DNA of 64,000 nucleotides from Carcharhinus longimanus (GCA_030264375.1 JASCQW010000139.1:17488686-17552685), one strand, 5' to 3'; positions 35,701-47,423 are shown, counted from the stretch's first letter. The notes: generated by a model not told the origin, from the sequence alone. Numbers and translations: made by a program.

Positions 35701-38700
35701 AAAAATCTCTTAATGGATAAATGTATTAAATCTTGACCACTTTTTGATCAAAAGCGCTAGTGTGATTGATTGGTTGGTTTTGATTCACTGTAATTGCACA
35801 CTAAGTTTTTTGGGGTGGCATGAGGAAGAGCTACTTTAAATACAAAGTCCTTTCCCTCATCACTTCAGATATCTTCAAAAGTGAATTTCTCCATTTTCTT
35901 TAAAATTTGTCCTCAGTATGTGGTCAATGGCATATTTATTGTCCACTTGTCATTGCCTTGACATGGTGGTGACTAGGTCACTTTCCTGAATCGCTGCAGT
36001 CCTTGCGGTGATGGTACTCCCACAATGCTCCTTGGAAGAGAATTAGATTTCAATGCAGGAACAATGATATTTGTCCCAGTCAGAATGTTGAGAAACTTGC
36101 AGAGGAAAAACATTCCCTGATCTTGCTGCTCTTCTCAGTGGCTGAGGTTTGTGGGCTAGGAGGTCAGTGTGGAGAGAGAGACAAGTGCTGCAGTGGATCA
36201 TTTGATAGCTCATGCTCAAACGGGTTAAGTGGTGGAGAGTTGAATATCAAGCTTAACAGCAGGGGTGTCAATCAAGCACACTGGGCTATATCCTGAATGG
36301 TGTTGTTGCTGCATTATTTGGGCAAGTGGAGAGTACCCAACCAAGAGTTTTAATTTCTGACCTGTGGATAGTTTTTTAAGGATGCAGGAGATAAGCCACT
36401 GAGTACTTAGTCTCTGTCTCATCATGGTATTGCTATTCAGGTCTAGTAAAGATTCTAATTAATGGTATTGCTGAATATATTGGATGATACAGCTGTGGCA
36501 GTTCAGTTGTTCATTTTGCGAAAGACATACTTTTCATAGATATTGTCAGCCAGGGTACAAAATGGCTTCAATATTCTTGGTTTTTGTTACAGTTGATCAA
36601 AGGGACAGGGAGGAAGGGGATGGGAAGCAGTGTCTTGAAACAAGTTATTGCTCCCGTTTTGATCATTATCTAGAATGGCAGTGCTGGATGAAGGTGCAAG
36701 GATATCTAGAAAGATCAAGACCTAGTGACAGCCATGTATTATGTAAACAAAATACCACACAATGATTCTACTGATGTGTGATCCTGTGGAATAAAAATTG
36801 CTCATGCAGCATTTACAACTTTTCAAATTGCAGCTTTTCATTTGCATGAAAATTTGGTGATTGACTTCTTGAACAGCTGCCTCTGATTACCAACTTTTGG
36901 CCTCGTACTCAAAAGGTTCTCACATTTGCAATGCATTGCATGCCACTGAACTCGGAACATCAGATGAATCAGTGTGGAAAGGTACTATGTGGGGAAGGCA
37001 GGGAACCGAGTCATCCTCGGAGTATTCATACACGCCTCCAGACAGCTTTCTTAAGAAAGGATTTTCAGTGGTGCTGCAGAACATGGTCTGTCCACTGTAT
37101 CTCTCTTTTATGAACCAGAGACTAATAATGTAAGAAATGAGGGAATTAAATACCTTTAAAAAGAGAGTTTTAACATAGCATTAATATGGAAAAAAAAAGT
37201 CAGTGAATTATGCTCCTTTCTGTCCAATATGTCTAAATATTTTCGAACCGCCACACTGATATTTAAAGCTTACGTTAGTTCTCTGACGGGAATATGAGGA
37301 GAGTGCCACAATGTGAGCACTAGGGGGCTCAAAGGCTGCTCATCTCCTAATTTGGCAATGTTCCCTCCCACCCAATCACAATACCCCTCAAAGACATTCC
37401 AGCAAAGTGTGCCACATAAAAAGGGTAGTGAAAATAAACATCTCACTGCACTACAATGTATGCAAAATGATTTTAAACTAAATTTTGAAACAAATAACTT
37501 GAATAAACATTGCAAGATACTGGAAAAGCAGCAGAAATACCAAATAAGCTACATCATCATTCCTTCGCTCCTCATTAAATATACCAGGTCTAGACTGGTT
37601 AATACAAGTATCTTCACAAAACTTTTCTATTTTGTCCGACCATTAACAAGGTTTAACATACCTACTGCTGTAGTTAATTTCATGTTGTCAATAATTATGC
37701 AAAGTTAATGATTAAGTCATTGTATAGATATATAAACTTTAACAGTTTAAAAAGTTAAGTACATTAGCTTAAAGTTTTTAAATGGTTACTTACCAATTGG
37801 ACTACCTAGTGTCTTTCCATGCTGCCTTCTCTTTGCATCACTAAGAATATCAATAATCAGGGTCGCAAACTCCCGGGCATTAAACCTGGCAAGTTTTTGC
37901 CGTCCCTGAAAAGAATAATGTCAAAGATTGTGAATAATTAATTGACAAGAGGTCTTGTTATAAGTTCTTCAGCTCGAATTGAAGAGAGAGGCTGTCTTCT
38001 CTGTTAATTTTTTTTCCTCTTGTTTCTCGTCTGGCCGCAGTCTGCTGACCCACTTTCAAATAGTTTTTAAACCACACAGTCAAAGTAACCAATGATCATT
38101 GGGATCACTTGAACCCAGCTGGGGAAATATGCAAGGCGTGCCAGCAGCTAAGCCAATCAGAAGACACCGAAAATATTTCAAAGCAGGGGGAAAAAAATAC
38201 CAAAAATTCGACACAGACCACAGGGCCGGAGCATGCCAAGGAATAAACTGTTCATTGTTAAAAATAGATCAGAATTTTTTCCTCATTTATAGTGCACAAG
38301 CATACAGCGGAATGTGGACAGAAAAGAGAATGCAAAGTCACTATAATTTTTCGCTGATTTTGCTGACCTGCTGCTATTCATTGTCAATCCAACTCCAAAC
38401 AGAACAGTAACAGTACCCATTTCCCCTTGTATCAAAATTTTTTTTTGAAGAAAATGACCTCAGTTTTAAAACATCTTTGTAGACACTGATTGAAAACCAT
38501 TCTCCGCATTCTACTGCAGCAGCATTTCATTTTGTACAGATGAGCTGCGTAGAAACATGTGAAAAGTAATACACAGCATCTGGTATGAACGTGGTTTTAA
38601 ACAAAATGCACACAAAAAGTGAGACCATCAAAAGACAAGTGGCAGAATATTGTTACCTTAATTAACTTAAACTGGCAGCTGCCATAAGTGCAGGATCCTC

Positions 38701-41700
38701 AGAAACTTTGAAACCAACTTCAACCTGGTACACTCAAAATGTTTATGAGGCAATATAATAGCTGGAGTTAACTGACAGAATAGGGATAATATTCTAGTGT
38801 TGCAGTTTTACTGCAACCACCAGGCTCAGACACACATGCAAAGTAGGCTTCAAGCTGACAGATCCAGGTTCTACTGACAGTTCACCTCACGTTAATTTCA
38901 ACAATGAACAGTTCTATGCTTGTGCTTGAACACGTGCTGAGCTCTGCACTCCAGCAGGTAATGTTTACTGTTGAGAATTTGGGCTGAGTATCCATTTTCC
39001 CCCAGTATTAAAGTAATGAAAAGTAACTGTACGAGGTGTCCAGGACCATCGGGGAGCTTTGAGTTATATCTCTTTAGTACAAAATCAAAATGGCAACCAT
39101 CTTTTCACTGTCAAATAACAATTGTCATTACTGCACACAGTGGCCACCTGAATTCAAAGCAACACAACCATTTTTGGATGATGGGAACTTGGAAAAACAC
39201 TGCTTCAAAAAAAAATTACATTTATATGGTATTTTCGACAAAAGCCCCAATGGTAATTAAAAAATAATGGACACCAAGCCAGGCTGGAAATAGTTTTAAA
39301 AGTTTATTTATTAGTGTCACAAGTAGGCTTACATTAACACTGCAGTGAGGTTACTGTGAAGATCTTCTGGTTGCCACATTCCACTGCCTGTTCAGGTACA
39401 CTGAAGGAGAATTTAACATGGCTAATGCACCTAATCAGCATGTCTTTCGGACTGCGGGAGGAAACCCACATGGACAGTGACCCAAGCTGGGAATCGAACC
39501 TGGGTCTCTGGCGCTGGGGCAGCAATGCTAACTACTGTGCTAACCACTAGGAGGGATAACCAAAAGGGTGATTGAGAAGGTGAATTCTAAGGAAGGTGTT
39601 AAAGGAGAGAGGGAGGTAGAAAGGCAGAGGGGTTTAAGAAAGGAAACTTAAGAGTATGAGGCCTATCCGGTTGTTGGTGTGGAGTTTGCACAGGTGGTTG
39701 GGAGGGGTGTGGGGTGGCAGTGATGAAGCCATCAATAGATTGAAACAGGAGAAATGCGTGATTTATATGGTGGTGGTGGGGATCAGGAGCCAAGGTAAGT
39801 CGGTGAGAACAGGAATGGGTGATGAGTGAATGGCAGTTGGTGTGGGATACAATACAGGCAGCAGAATGAGAATATTTGGTATTTAAAAAGGGAGGAGCAG
39901 CTAAGAGCACAGTGGTATTGCCACAACTGAGGGCGACAAAAGAATGGAAGAGGTTTGCAGCAGCAGATAAATTGCGATAGAGGCAGCAACTTGTGACATT
40001 AGAGATTGAAGACAGTCTTTAAATAGGATAGAATATGGGGTCACAAATGTAATACAGATTCAAATAGGATGGTAAGATTGCAAGCGGACTGGGTCAGCCT
40101 GAGGCAATAGCTGGGGATAAGGCAGGCATTAGTGATAAAATACAAGATTTGCAGCAGGAAGCTTCAGACTTTCCAATGTTTAAACAGAGAAAATTGTGGA
40201 TCATTAGTGATGAGACGTCTGATCAGCAGTCTGACAAAATAGAGTGGAGTCACAATGGTGAAGTTAAGCTGGATGCCAATAGCATATGTGGATAATGATG
40301 AGGAGGGGGAAGAACAGCCATTGCTGGAGATGCTTGGCTGTGAACCAAACAAGGCAGTAATCCTGAGATATAGACATTGCAGGAGGGGATGGTGTGACTG
40401 ACCTCAGGCTATCGAGTAGTTGAGGAGAGTGGAGGTAAGAAAATGCACCATGGACAAAATAATTTATAATTTCGGCTTATGTTAATTTGGTGTGGTGACA
40501 GGGTGGGGAACTGATCAGAGAAATTCAAACATGGATGCATATTTGGGAACTGGTGACACTTTCAAGGATTTGAGGGGAAGAATAGTCTGTAAAGATAGAG
40601 ATTGAAGAGTTTTTTGAGGAGGAAATGATGATAGCCATCTTGGAAGGAAGCATGAGGAAAATAGTACTTGTGGGGGTGGGGGGGAGGGGGGGGGGGGTGC
40701 CTTTACAATGTCTGTTAGCATGGGGCCTAGGGAAGGGAGGTTATAGACCAGCAGTCTCATTAGAATCAGAGGTGAGCCTCAGAGACAAAACAGGCTCAGA
40801 ATAAAAACTCAGGTTTGGGACAAGAGCTTTGATCTGGTCCGTTGGTTGCGAGATTACTTAGCTATATCCACTTTGCTGCTTCCACTTTACAATACACAAC
40901 TGTATTATCTTGCATAACTGGTCAGGGCATGTAGCCCTGTTTTGCAATTTGACCAAGTTGGAATCGTGTTTTTAGGTATGCCTAGTGCTGTTGTTGGCCT
41001 TTCTCCTACATTCCTCGATGAACCTGGGTTAGTCCCCAGGTTTGTTAACAGCAGAATGAGGGGTATGCCAGGCCTTGAGGTTATGGATTATGGTAAAATT
41101 GCTGAAGCCCCAACAAACAATAGTGTGTCTATAGCTGTCCTTTATGTAGAAATATGCCCTAAAACATTTCAGAGTTGTAATCTCAGAAAGACAAGGAAAA
41201 CCAGATAGCTCATACCTTCAGGCAGTCTTCAATAAGGATCACTATAAGAGATTACCATAGAAACCATGTAGGAATTTAAGGTAAGACTTGANNNNNNNNN
41301 NNNNNNNNNNNNNNNNNNNNNNNNNNNNNNNNNNNNNNNNNNNNNNNNNNNNNNNNNNNNNNNNNNNNNNNNNNNNNNNNNNNNNNNNNNNNNNNNNNNN
41401 NNNNNNNNNNNNNNNNNNNNNNNNNNNNNNNNNNNNNNNNNNNNNNNNNNNNNNNNNNNNNNNNNNNNNNNNNNNNNNNNNNNNNNNNNNNNNNNNNNNN
41501 NNNNNNNNNNNNNNNNNNNNNNNNNNNNNNNNNNNNNNNNNNNNNNNNNNNNNNNNNNNNNNNNNNNNNNNNNNNNNNNNNNNNNNNNNNNNNNNNNNNN
41601 NNNNNNNNNNNNNNNNNNNNNNNNNNNNNNNNNNNNNNNNNNNNNNNNNNNNNNNNNNNNNNNNNNNNNNNNNNNNNNNNNNNNNNNNNNNNNNNNNNNN

Positions 41701-44700
41701 NNNNNNNNNNNNNNNNNNNNNNNNNNNNNNNNNNNNNNNNNNNNNNNNNNNNNNNNNNNNNNNNNNNNNNNNNNNNNNNNNNNNCAACATAAGGAGTTAA
41801 TATCTTGGTGCAAAGAATTCAGTTCAGAGGAAAGATTAGAAAAAGTTGGACAAACTGCTTGAACAAAAACTGCTGATTGTTGATCTTATAGAAATATGAA
41901 TATTACACTTGGCAAAGCTAGAGCATTACAACAAGCTGAGATAAGACATAAATTGGACACCCTAAAGATAATTTAGGATAAACATCAGCAAGAACTTCAA
42001 GCAGAAAATAATCAACATTGCAGCAGTCATTTGGATCACGTTGTGTAGACAAAACTATGGATTCATTCTCGGTCCAGTTGGAGGATGTGATGTGGAAAGG
42101 CCAAATTAAAATATCTGAATAGATGAACTGAATGTTCTCCCTCAATTGTATTATCTTGCAGAACTGGACATGAAAAGACTGCATTCTTCCTGTGAAATAT
42201 CAACTTACCTACATATGCAATTGTACAGCATTTGTAACCACACTGCAATACAGAACATTCTGAAACTATGATGAACATAACAAATGAACACAAAGGACTC
42301 CAACTGACTCCCTGATTAAAGTAGACAGGCTGAGGAGATTCATGATGGAAAAGCAAGGGGCAAAAGGGAGGGAGGAATTTAAAATAATCACAATCACTAG
42401 AGAAAAATTACTAGGGAAGCTAATGGAATAACAGCTGATGTTTGATGGCCTGCATCAGAGGGTCTTGGAAGGAAGTGATTGCAGAGATAGCAGATGCATC
42501 TTCCAAAACTCCCTAGATTCTGGGAAAGTCCCAACAAGTCAGAAAACGGCAAAAGTAGTCCTTCTATTCAAGGAGGGTGGGAGACTAAAAGCAGGAAACT
42601 GTAGGCCAGTTAGCCAAACATCTGTCCTTGGGAAAATGATAAAATCCATTATTAAGGTGGTAGGAGCAGGACATTTAGAAAATCATAATACAATCGAGCA
42701 GAGTCAACATGATTGTGTGAAAGGGAAATGGTGTTTGACAAATTAGAGTCGAGGACGTAACAAGCAGGGTGAGTGAAGGGGACCTGGTAGATGTGGTGCA
42801 TTTGAATTCATAAAGCTAGTCAATAAGGTGCCACCTAGAAAGGTGCTGCATAAGGTAACAACAGCTCATGGTGTTGGGATGATAGATGTGGGCAAACATT
42901 TGGCAAATGGAGTATAATGTGGCCAAGTGCGAGGTTCTCCATCCTGGCAGGAAGAATAGAAAAGCAGAATATTATTTAAATAGAGAGAGACACTGCAGAA
43001 TGCTATGAAAAAATAGGATCTGGCCGTCCTTTTACATGGAATCACAAAACGTTAGCATGCAGTTACATAAGTAATTATGAAGGTTAATAGAACATTGGCT
43101 CTTATTGCAAGGGGGATGGAGTATAAAATTAGGGAAGTCTTACTGAAATTAATTATTGTTGAGATTACAGCAAGGGTACTGTGCAGAATTTTGGACTCTT
43201 TACATTTGGAAGCAGTTCAGAGAAGTTTCACTAGATTGAGTCCTGGAAAGAAGTTCTGAGACGAAAGGAGGTGATCTTGCTGAAAAAACCCAAAAGATTC
43301 TGAGAAACTTTGACAGGTGCATTCAGAGAGGATGTTTCCCCTTGTGGGGAAATCTAGAGTTAGGGGACACAGTATAAAAATAAGGGGCACCCCATTCAAG
43401 ATGCAAATGAGGAGTTTATTCTCGGAGAATTTTAGCCTTTGGAATTCTTTTCCACAGAGAGTAGTGGAGGTTGGGTTATTGATATGTGCAAGGCAGAGTT
43501 TGCCAGATTTTTGATCAAGAAGAGAGTTAAAGGGGGCAGGCAGAAAGTGGGCACAACCCAATTGACCATCTTATGAATGGCAAAGTAGGTTTAATGGGCT
43601 GAATGGCTACTCCTGCACCTATTTGTGATCTTATGAAAGCTGAATGCTCAAAATTTTTATCTAGCTTCAATGATATTTGTATCTCTGCTAGTTCAAAACA
43701 ATTGTCATCAATAACATGTTCTAAAGACAATCAGCTGACTTCTTTTAAGAATACAAAAACCTCACTTGTAGCTAGTTTTCAGAGGAGCTCATTTATTATT
43801 TTTAGCACAGCATTTCATTATTAAAATATGCTACTTTGGGGAAATCATTTTTGTAGTCATAAGATTCTAGAAAAAGCTATGTGCATTTTAAAAGCTATCA
43901 AGGTCACTGAGTACTCTATGGGCTGAGGAAAAACTTGAAATCAAATCTAAATATATTGAAAACAGAAACCATAAAGCTTAAAGAATATTAAACATTCATA
44001 AAAACAACTTGTTTTTCTAAAGCACTGTGATTTAGGACTTTCATTTTGAAAAGAGTTATAAACAGGATATACAAAAGCTGTAGTATTTGTTGCATGTCAT
44101 TTCACTGTTTATCCCTATAATACACTGTGGCTTCAAATGTTTTAGAAACTGTTCACTGGGAATCGCCCACAAATGTTTAACCTTCATCGCAACGTATTAT
44201 TTAGAAAGATAGATTTTTGGAAGCAACTTCCCAACCACTGAAATGATGAACTGAAACAAACGATAGTGTGTTGTCAGTAACAATATATTAAGGTATAGTA
44301 ACAGGACAGCTACAGCATATCCTCCTCATGCCACTTTCACATCAGTGCCTACTCCAATAGTTGGTTATAACTGTGCTCCCTTCCTTTCTCCAGTTGGTTA
44401 TTATTTTCAACCCCCCATCCCTTAAAGCTGTCACTTAACATCCCAAAGCCACTATCGCACCTACCACCTATAAGTGCTGTGAAGTTCTTGGCAGTAGAGA
44501 CGATATACTCCCAATAGGTGGATAAAATGGTTGTTTGGGAAACAAAAACATCTTCCCCAACTTTTTACCTGCACTCACATCTCATGTTGGTCTATTGCTG
44601 AATAGATCGCAGTGGACCTTTCAGGAGCCAGTTATTCTTCATGAATAAGTATTTAACAGTCCACTTCAATTGGAAGCTATGTGCTAAACTGGATTGTCAA

Positions 44701-47423
44701 CACACAGTAAAAAGTCTGACAACACCAGATTTTAGTCCAACCTATTTATTTGATAATATACTCTCAAGCTTTNNNNNNNNNNNNNNNNNNNNNNNNNNNN
44801 NNNNNNNNNNNNNNNNNNNNNNNNNNNNNNNNNNNNNNNNNNNNNNNNNNNNNNNNNNNNNNNNNNNNNNNNTAAAACCTGGTGTTGTCAGACTTTTTAC
44901 TGTGTTTACGCCAGTCCAACGCCGGCATACCCACATCATGACTTGTCAACACACAACATAAACACACTCCAAAAAGAGGGGAAACACTAGCCTGCACCCC
45001 AGTCTCCATCCTCTGCTTTGCTGAAGTCAGTTGTAGTTCCACAACATCTTCAGCTGAGATGTAGGATAAGAGTACAATGGGAAATGGCTACAAAAAAAAC
45101 ACAAGTCACCAAGCATGTGGGCAGCAGTCAGACTTGGGGGCTAGGGAAGGGTAGTATGTCTGCTGCTCCCAGCAGAGTAAGGTCTCATATAAGTTTTGCT
45201 ACAAGGGATTCTAATGAGGTCCTCAATGGGATGGCATTTGGAAGAATGTGTGCAACAATTGCACACCAAAATGTTTGGTACAATGTCAAACCTGTCAGAC
45301 AGTTTTCTGTCTCTGTCAAAGAGCATGGAGCAGCCCAGCTCCCATTACTGCCACTCAGTGTCCTTGCCGTTGCACCTCAGCCAGCAATCCCAGGCTTCTG
45401 CTGCTAAGTATCCAAAGCTTGATGAATAATGGCTCAGAATACAAGAACAAGGAAGTTATGCTGTATAAGACACTAGTTAAAGCTTAGCTAGAATATTGTG
45501 TACAGTTCTGGATGCCACACTTAGGAAGAATGTGAATGCATTGCAGAGTGCAGAAGAGGTTTGGTTCCAGAGAAACTTCAGTTATGAAGACAGATTGGAG
45601 AAGTTACGACTGTTCTCTTTGGAGTGGAGAAGGCTAAGAAGAGAGCAGATAGTGTTCAAAATCATGAGGGTCTGGACAGAGTTGATAGGAAGAAACTTTT
45701 CCGACTCGTAAAAAGATCTAGAATATGAGGGCACAGATTTAAAGCGATTTGCACAAAAAGCTTTTTCAGATACTTCAAGAAAATGATACAAACAGAAGTC
45801 TTTCTTTTGTGTCCTTTCCTCAGCCATGCACCACCCGATTAATGCAAAGTGGTCATCAAGATGGAGACACTTCATGCAAGATTTTAAATTGAGATGACGA
45901 CCTCCACACAGATTTTACACCCTATCTACCCAACTTTCCCATAAACCATGAATTTAGGAAATAAACTCTGGTGTTACAGTGAAGTTTCCTCACTCACCCT
46001 CCCTCACCAAATCCCCTCATTTTCTTTTGCCAGATGTGTGTTAAATGGGGTAGTCATACCATATACTTCTAGCATTGAGAACCATTTTGCATCAGGGGAT
46101 GACAAAATGCTAACCATTAACCGTCTAGTTTCTATTGGAATTTAACTGGACTGAAATAGAATGCAATAATGCCAGTGCACACTTGTTGAATTTATCCTTC
46201 TCTTGAGGATTAGGCCACTCATATTTTACTGTTTTAAGCATTTTTGAGCCATGTCTATTTTAGAAAGTTCAAATGTCAGCATATTTTTGCAGTTACATGG
46301 GAAATGAAGTGACAAGACCCCAGTGGCTTGACTTTTTGCGGGGAAGACTATGTAATGGAATCTAACAATCAAAGGAAATTGTTTCTTTTGCTGCAGTACG
46401 TCTGAAAAAGCACAAAGTTCAAATGTGCAACATATTAATTTCTCATGGTCAGCTTCCTGTTAAGAATTTAGTAGCAATACACTTCTATAGAATTGTTGTC
46501 AAGTACTTTGCAAATATGGTATAACTTGCAAAATAAGTTTAGATCTAAAAAGCTAAACAGTTGGGTATCAAATCTGGGGAACAGTTAAAAATGACAAAAA
46601 TGATAGCACAAAATATTTCACAGTCAAGTAGATAAATGAAGTGGCAAAACAAAATTAAGATCGAGAGACATGTGTGTGCATGCTATTGAAACTACTCTAA
46701 TATTCAACTGAAAGAGTAACAGTTTTTTTGGGTTATAAACAAGTAACTTGATGGTTTTAATCATTGATTACCAATTAATACAGCAGGCCAGTCTAGTCAC
46801 CATAATGAGAAAACTTTCAGTACAGTGCCATCTCACTTCCATCAAAGACAAATATAAGCAAAGGGGCTCAATCAAGTTTGAAAACATTAAGACAAAATAG
46901 TGTCTGAAAAGACCTCATTAAGATGAGCAAGTGGCCCAGCTTGCTATAACGTGTAGCTTTGTATCTGTGATTTTAAACTCAGGAACATCCCAAATTTCAA
47001 CTGCACTGTCAGGTGGGCTAGGCAGACATCATCAAAATCACAAAGACTCACTCACACACCTTCCTAATGGCCAGTTTCACTGTAACAGGATGGGCAAAAC
47101 TTAAAGAAACAACTGCAGCGTGAATTTGAAAACTTGAAACTGGCTGATGTCTCTTCTCTTTTACTCAACATTCATTCTTTCCTGTTATAATGTATAACAT
47201 AATAGACACAAATATACATACAATACTTTAAGAAATATATGAGCTTTACATACATGCATTACCTTAGACATGATAAACACAAGCAAAAATATATATTCAA
47301 CTGATACTCTTGTATTTTAACATACCTGGTTCCTAGTTGCAGAATATTCAGGATTGACCGGAAGGAAAGGCACAGCACTGCGCTCAGTCACTAATGTGCT
47401 ATGATTCTGAGTGGCCAGCCACA
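8530..47423 (-). CDS. GIT1: ARF GTPase-activating protein GIT1, 5'-partial spliced CDS: join(47423-47326, 37905-37794, 35258-35107, 28423-28271, 21228-21010, 19600-19517, 13301-13225, 11508-11335, 9760-9697, 8742-8530)
   Basis: Manual splicing gives one open frame of 1346 nt (2 nt + 448 codons including stop) with consistent phases. Peptides match recalled vertebrate GIT1 (TERSAVPFLPVNPEYSATRNQ; C-terminus VTITTREKKQ*) rather than GIT2. Confidence 0.96.
9697..9760 (-). CDS. GIT1: GIT1 exon, 64 nt, FVPCSEKIHSAVTEMASLFPK
   Basis: Acceptor ttttacag|, donor AAG|gtaagg, phase 2 to 0. Confidence 0.97.
9960..11090 (-). mobile_element. Highly decayed L2-like LINE remnant
   Basis: Strong purine skew on the + strand and faint RT-like words (plus-strand gtcaaacatcaaggtgatga). 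Similar in character to 39550-40800. No intact ORF. Confidence 0.4.
11129..11188. repeat. Perfect 2 x 30 bp tandem duplication (tgccatgtaaataattaataaatagctgcc)
   Basis: Identical units at 11129-11158 and 11159-11188. Confidence 0.95.
11335..11508 (-). CDS. GIT1: GIT1 exon, 174 nt, IADGRMGRDDDFHLE...LDPSLPSTEDVILKTEQVTKNIQELLRAAQECKHE(S), start of paxillin-binding domain
   Basis: Lies within ORF 11199..11594(-). Acceptor ctttaatag|, donor AAG|gttagt, phase 2-2. Confidence 0.95.
13225..13301 (-). CDS. GIT1: GIT1 exon, 77 nt, VSKLDKRGSGTDSDYDNTQTNELPL(G)
   Basis: Acceptor catttacag|, donor GGG|gtgagt. Conserved GSGxDSDY[D/E]NTQ motif; phase 0 to 2. Confidence 0.95.
13955..14248 (+). mobile_element. 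HE1-type SINE
   Basis: cagtggtt...ccagggacccaggttcaattc...gcactgtagggattctattctgtgattcta. Confidence 0.88.
16591..16805. mobile_element. Palindromic Penelope-derived (MITE-like) element
   Basis: Perfect 15 bp inverted arms at 16616-16630 and 16723-16737 within longer imperfect arms. Central aggtc-atc-gacct-gaaa resembles a hammerhead stem II remnant. Confidence 0.7.
19517..19600 (-). CDS. GIT1: GIT1 exon, 84 nt, IRRGVSVTSVPFPFSPLHSCSQDCGRSV
   Basis: Aligns to recalled human IRKGVSASAVPFTPSSPLLSCSQEGSRHT. Acceptor ccatgttacag|. The donor GTG|gttaagt is atypical, so the 3' border is less certain. Confidence 0.88.
21010..21228 (-). CDS. GIT1: GIT1 exon, 219 nt, INKLQTENAQMKQ...RRDRQAVSMYE...RLQPLDCN
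   Basis: Lies within ORF 21001..21324(-). Acceptor aatttcag|, donor AAT|gtgagt. GIT1-type RRDRQAxSMYE and TRLQP motifs. Confidence 0.95.
22541..23600 (-). mobile_element. CR1 LINE 3' fragment, interrupted by a SINE and a gap
   Basis: ORF 23196..23558(-) has QLEYCVQF...SYVDRLAKL...LRGDLMEVFKI, typical of the CR1 ORF2 C-terminus. attct-type tail near 22541. Confidence 0.8.
22785..23144 (-). mobile_element. HE1-type SINE nested in CR1
   Basis: Head tggtggcacagtggttagcactgctg, central domain and ctgtagggattctg tail on the minus strand. Confidence 0.88.
24703..24991 (-). mobile_element. V-SINE with HE1-like head but an alternative 3' tail
   Basis: Same tRNA head and centre as the HE1 copies; tail is ...aacttcatggtagtattaatgtaagcctacttgcgacactaaaataaactt. 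Confidence 0.82.
26266..26631 (+). mobile_element. Second tRNA-derived SINE family (head and tail shared with LINE family A)
   Basis: A box tggcctagtgg at 26276-26286, B box gattcaaatcc at 26339-26349, tail gggcaataaatgctgg...aatgaataaaaaataaa. Confidence 0.82.
26998..27400 (-). mobile_element. Second copy of the family-A-linked SINE, opposite orientation
   Basis: Plus-strand ccagcatttattgcccatcc and agtcaaccacattgctgtg are reverse complements of the tail and body of 26266-26631. Confidence 0.8.
27706..27793 (+). mobile_element. HE1-type SINE 3' tail fragment
   Basis: gggatagggcctgggcgggattgtt...ctgtagggattctatgattatga. Confidence 0.75.
28271..28423 (-). CDS. GIT1: GIT1 exon, 153 nt, SMDSSDLSDGPITLQEYLEVKKALAASEAKVQQLMKVNNNLSEELRRLQMQ, coiled coil
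   Basis: Lies within ORF 28253..28576(-). Acceptor gacgttaag|, donor CAG|gtgagt, phase 0-0. Confidence 0.96.
28539..28613 (-). mobile_element. CR1 3' tail running into a gap
   Basis: acataagaacataagaaataggagcaggagtagacc is the reverse complement of a (ttcttatg)n CR1-type tail. Confidence 0.75.
29158..29218. mobile_element. Penelope-like terminal repeat running into a gap
   Basis: gtaaaaagtctgacaacaccaggttttagtccaacc is near-identical to 44707-44742. Confidence 0.7.
29770..32330 (-). mobile_element. CR1-group LINE (family A) with both ends present and internal deletions: tRNA-like head, APE endonuclease, RT, 3' tail
   Basis: ORF fragments 31833..32015 and 31633..31830 (LINIWG..., ELYLTVNV..., GGTVVY: endonuclease-like) and 30322..30630 (WKIAQMCPV...NYHPISLLSIISK...QFGF: RT). 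A GVPQGSVLGPT-like motif lies near 30130-30150. Many frameshifts. Confidence 0.88.
33825..34062 (-). mobile_element. V-SINE with alternative tail, 5'-truncated
   Basis: Shares tagtgtcgcaagtaggcttacattaa...gaaaatctcctag with 24703-24991. Confidence 0.82.
34430..35013. repeat. Long imperfect inverted repeat (foldback/MITE-like)
   Basis: 34445-34610 is clearly reverse-complementary to 34826-34995 (tcttgctcaaaaa / tttttgagcaaga; atattcattttactac / gtagtaaaatgaatat). Confidence 0.88.
35107..35258 (-). CDS. GIT1: GIT1 exon, 152 nt, (E)NIDYLLRNQNDRPDSDFGDDQHDYDSVASDEDTDAELHRNASSARNNRAK
   Basis: Acceptor tttttacccag|, donor AAG|gtgaga. Contains the conserved DDQHDYDSVASDEDTD motif; phase 1 to 0. 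Confidence 0.96.
35905..36470 (-). mobile_element. Decayed 3' end of LINE family A
   Basis: atttattgtccac...ggtggtgact...ttcctgaatcgctgcagtcc resembles the reverse-complemented family A tail (compare 59650-60066). Confidence 0.6.
37794..37905 (-). CDS. GIT1: GIT1 exon, 112 nt, GRQKLARFNAREFATLIIDILSDAKRRQHGKTLGSPI, second Spa2-homology repeat
   Basis: Acceptor cttttcag|, donor TTG|gtaagt, phase 0 to 1. Confidence 0.97.
39292..39548 (-). mobile_element. V-SINE with alternative tail
   Basis: aaagtttatttattagtgtcacaagtaggcttacattaacactgca... through a tRNA head containing ggaatcgaacc. Confidence 0.82.
39550..40800 (-). mobile_element. Decayed L2-like LINE remnant
   Basis: Purine-rich plus strand beginning ttaaaggagagagggaggtagaaaggcagaggggttta, as expected for a reverse-oriented L2 3' region. 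No intact ORF. Confidence 0.5.
42370..43635 (+). mobile_element. CR1 LINE fragment (RT to 3' tail)
   Basis: ORF 42438..42746 (IFQNSLDSGKVP...AGNCRPVSQTSVLGK...SQH..VKGK.CLTN) and ORF 43317..43514 (SRVRGHSIKI...WNSFP). Tail ctcctgcacctatttgtgatcttatga. Confidence 0.88.
44702..44940. mobile_element. Penelope-like element with inverted termini spanning a gap
   Basis: 33 bp inverted repeat at 44702-44734 / 44873-44905 (1 mismatch), followed by ccagtccaacgccggcatacccacatc. Confidence 0.78.
45430..45770 (+). mobile_element. CR1 LINE fragment
   Basis: EYKNKEVMLYKTLV and SYEDRLEKLRLFSLEWRRLR motifs in ORFs 45248..45487 and 45496..45711. Confidence 0.8.
47326..47423 (-). CDS. GIT1: GIT1 exon, 98 nt, (V)WLATQNHSTLVTERSAVPFLPVNPEYSATRNQ, Spa2-homology region
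   Basis: Acceptor tttgtag|, donor CAG|gtatgt. Peptide matches recalled human GIT1. Confidence 0.97.

Noticed and set aside
40672-40697. G-tract with G-quadruplex potential (also C-tracts at ~723-750 and ~58582-58600)
   Set aside because: Low-complexity runs inside decayed repeats or at gap edges; no evidence of function.
8530-47423. Assignment as GIT2
   Set aside because: TERSAVPF, YSATRNQ, RRDRQA and the C-terminal TREKKQ match recalled GIT1, not GIT2.
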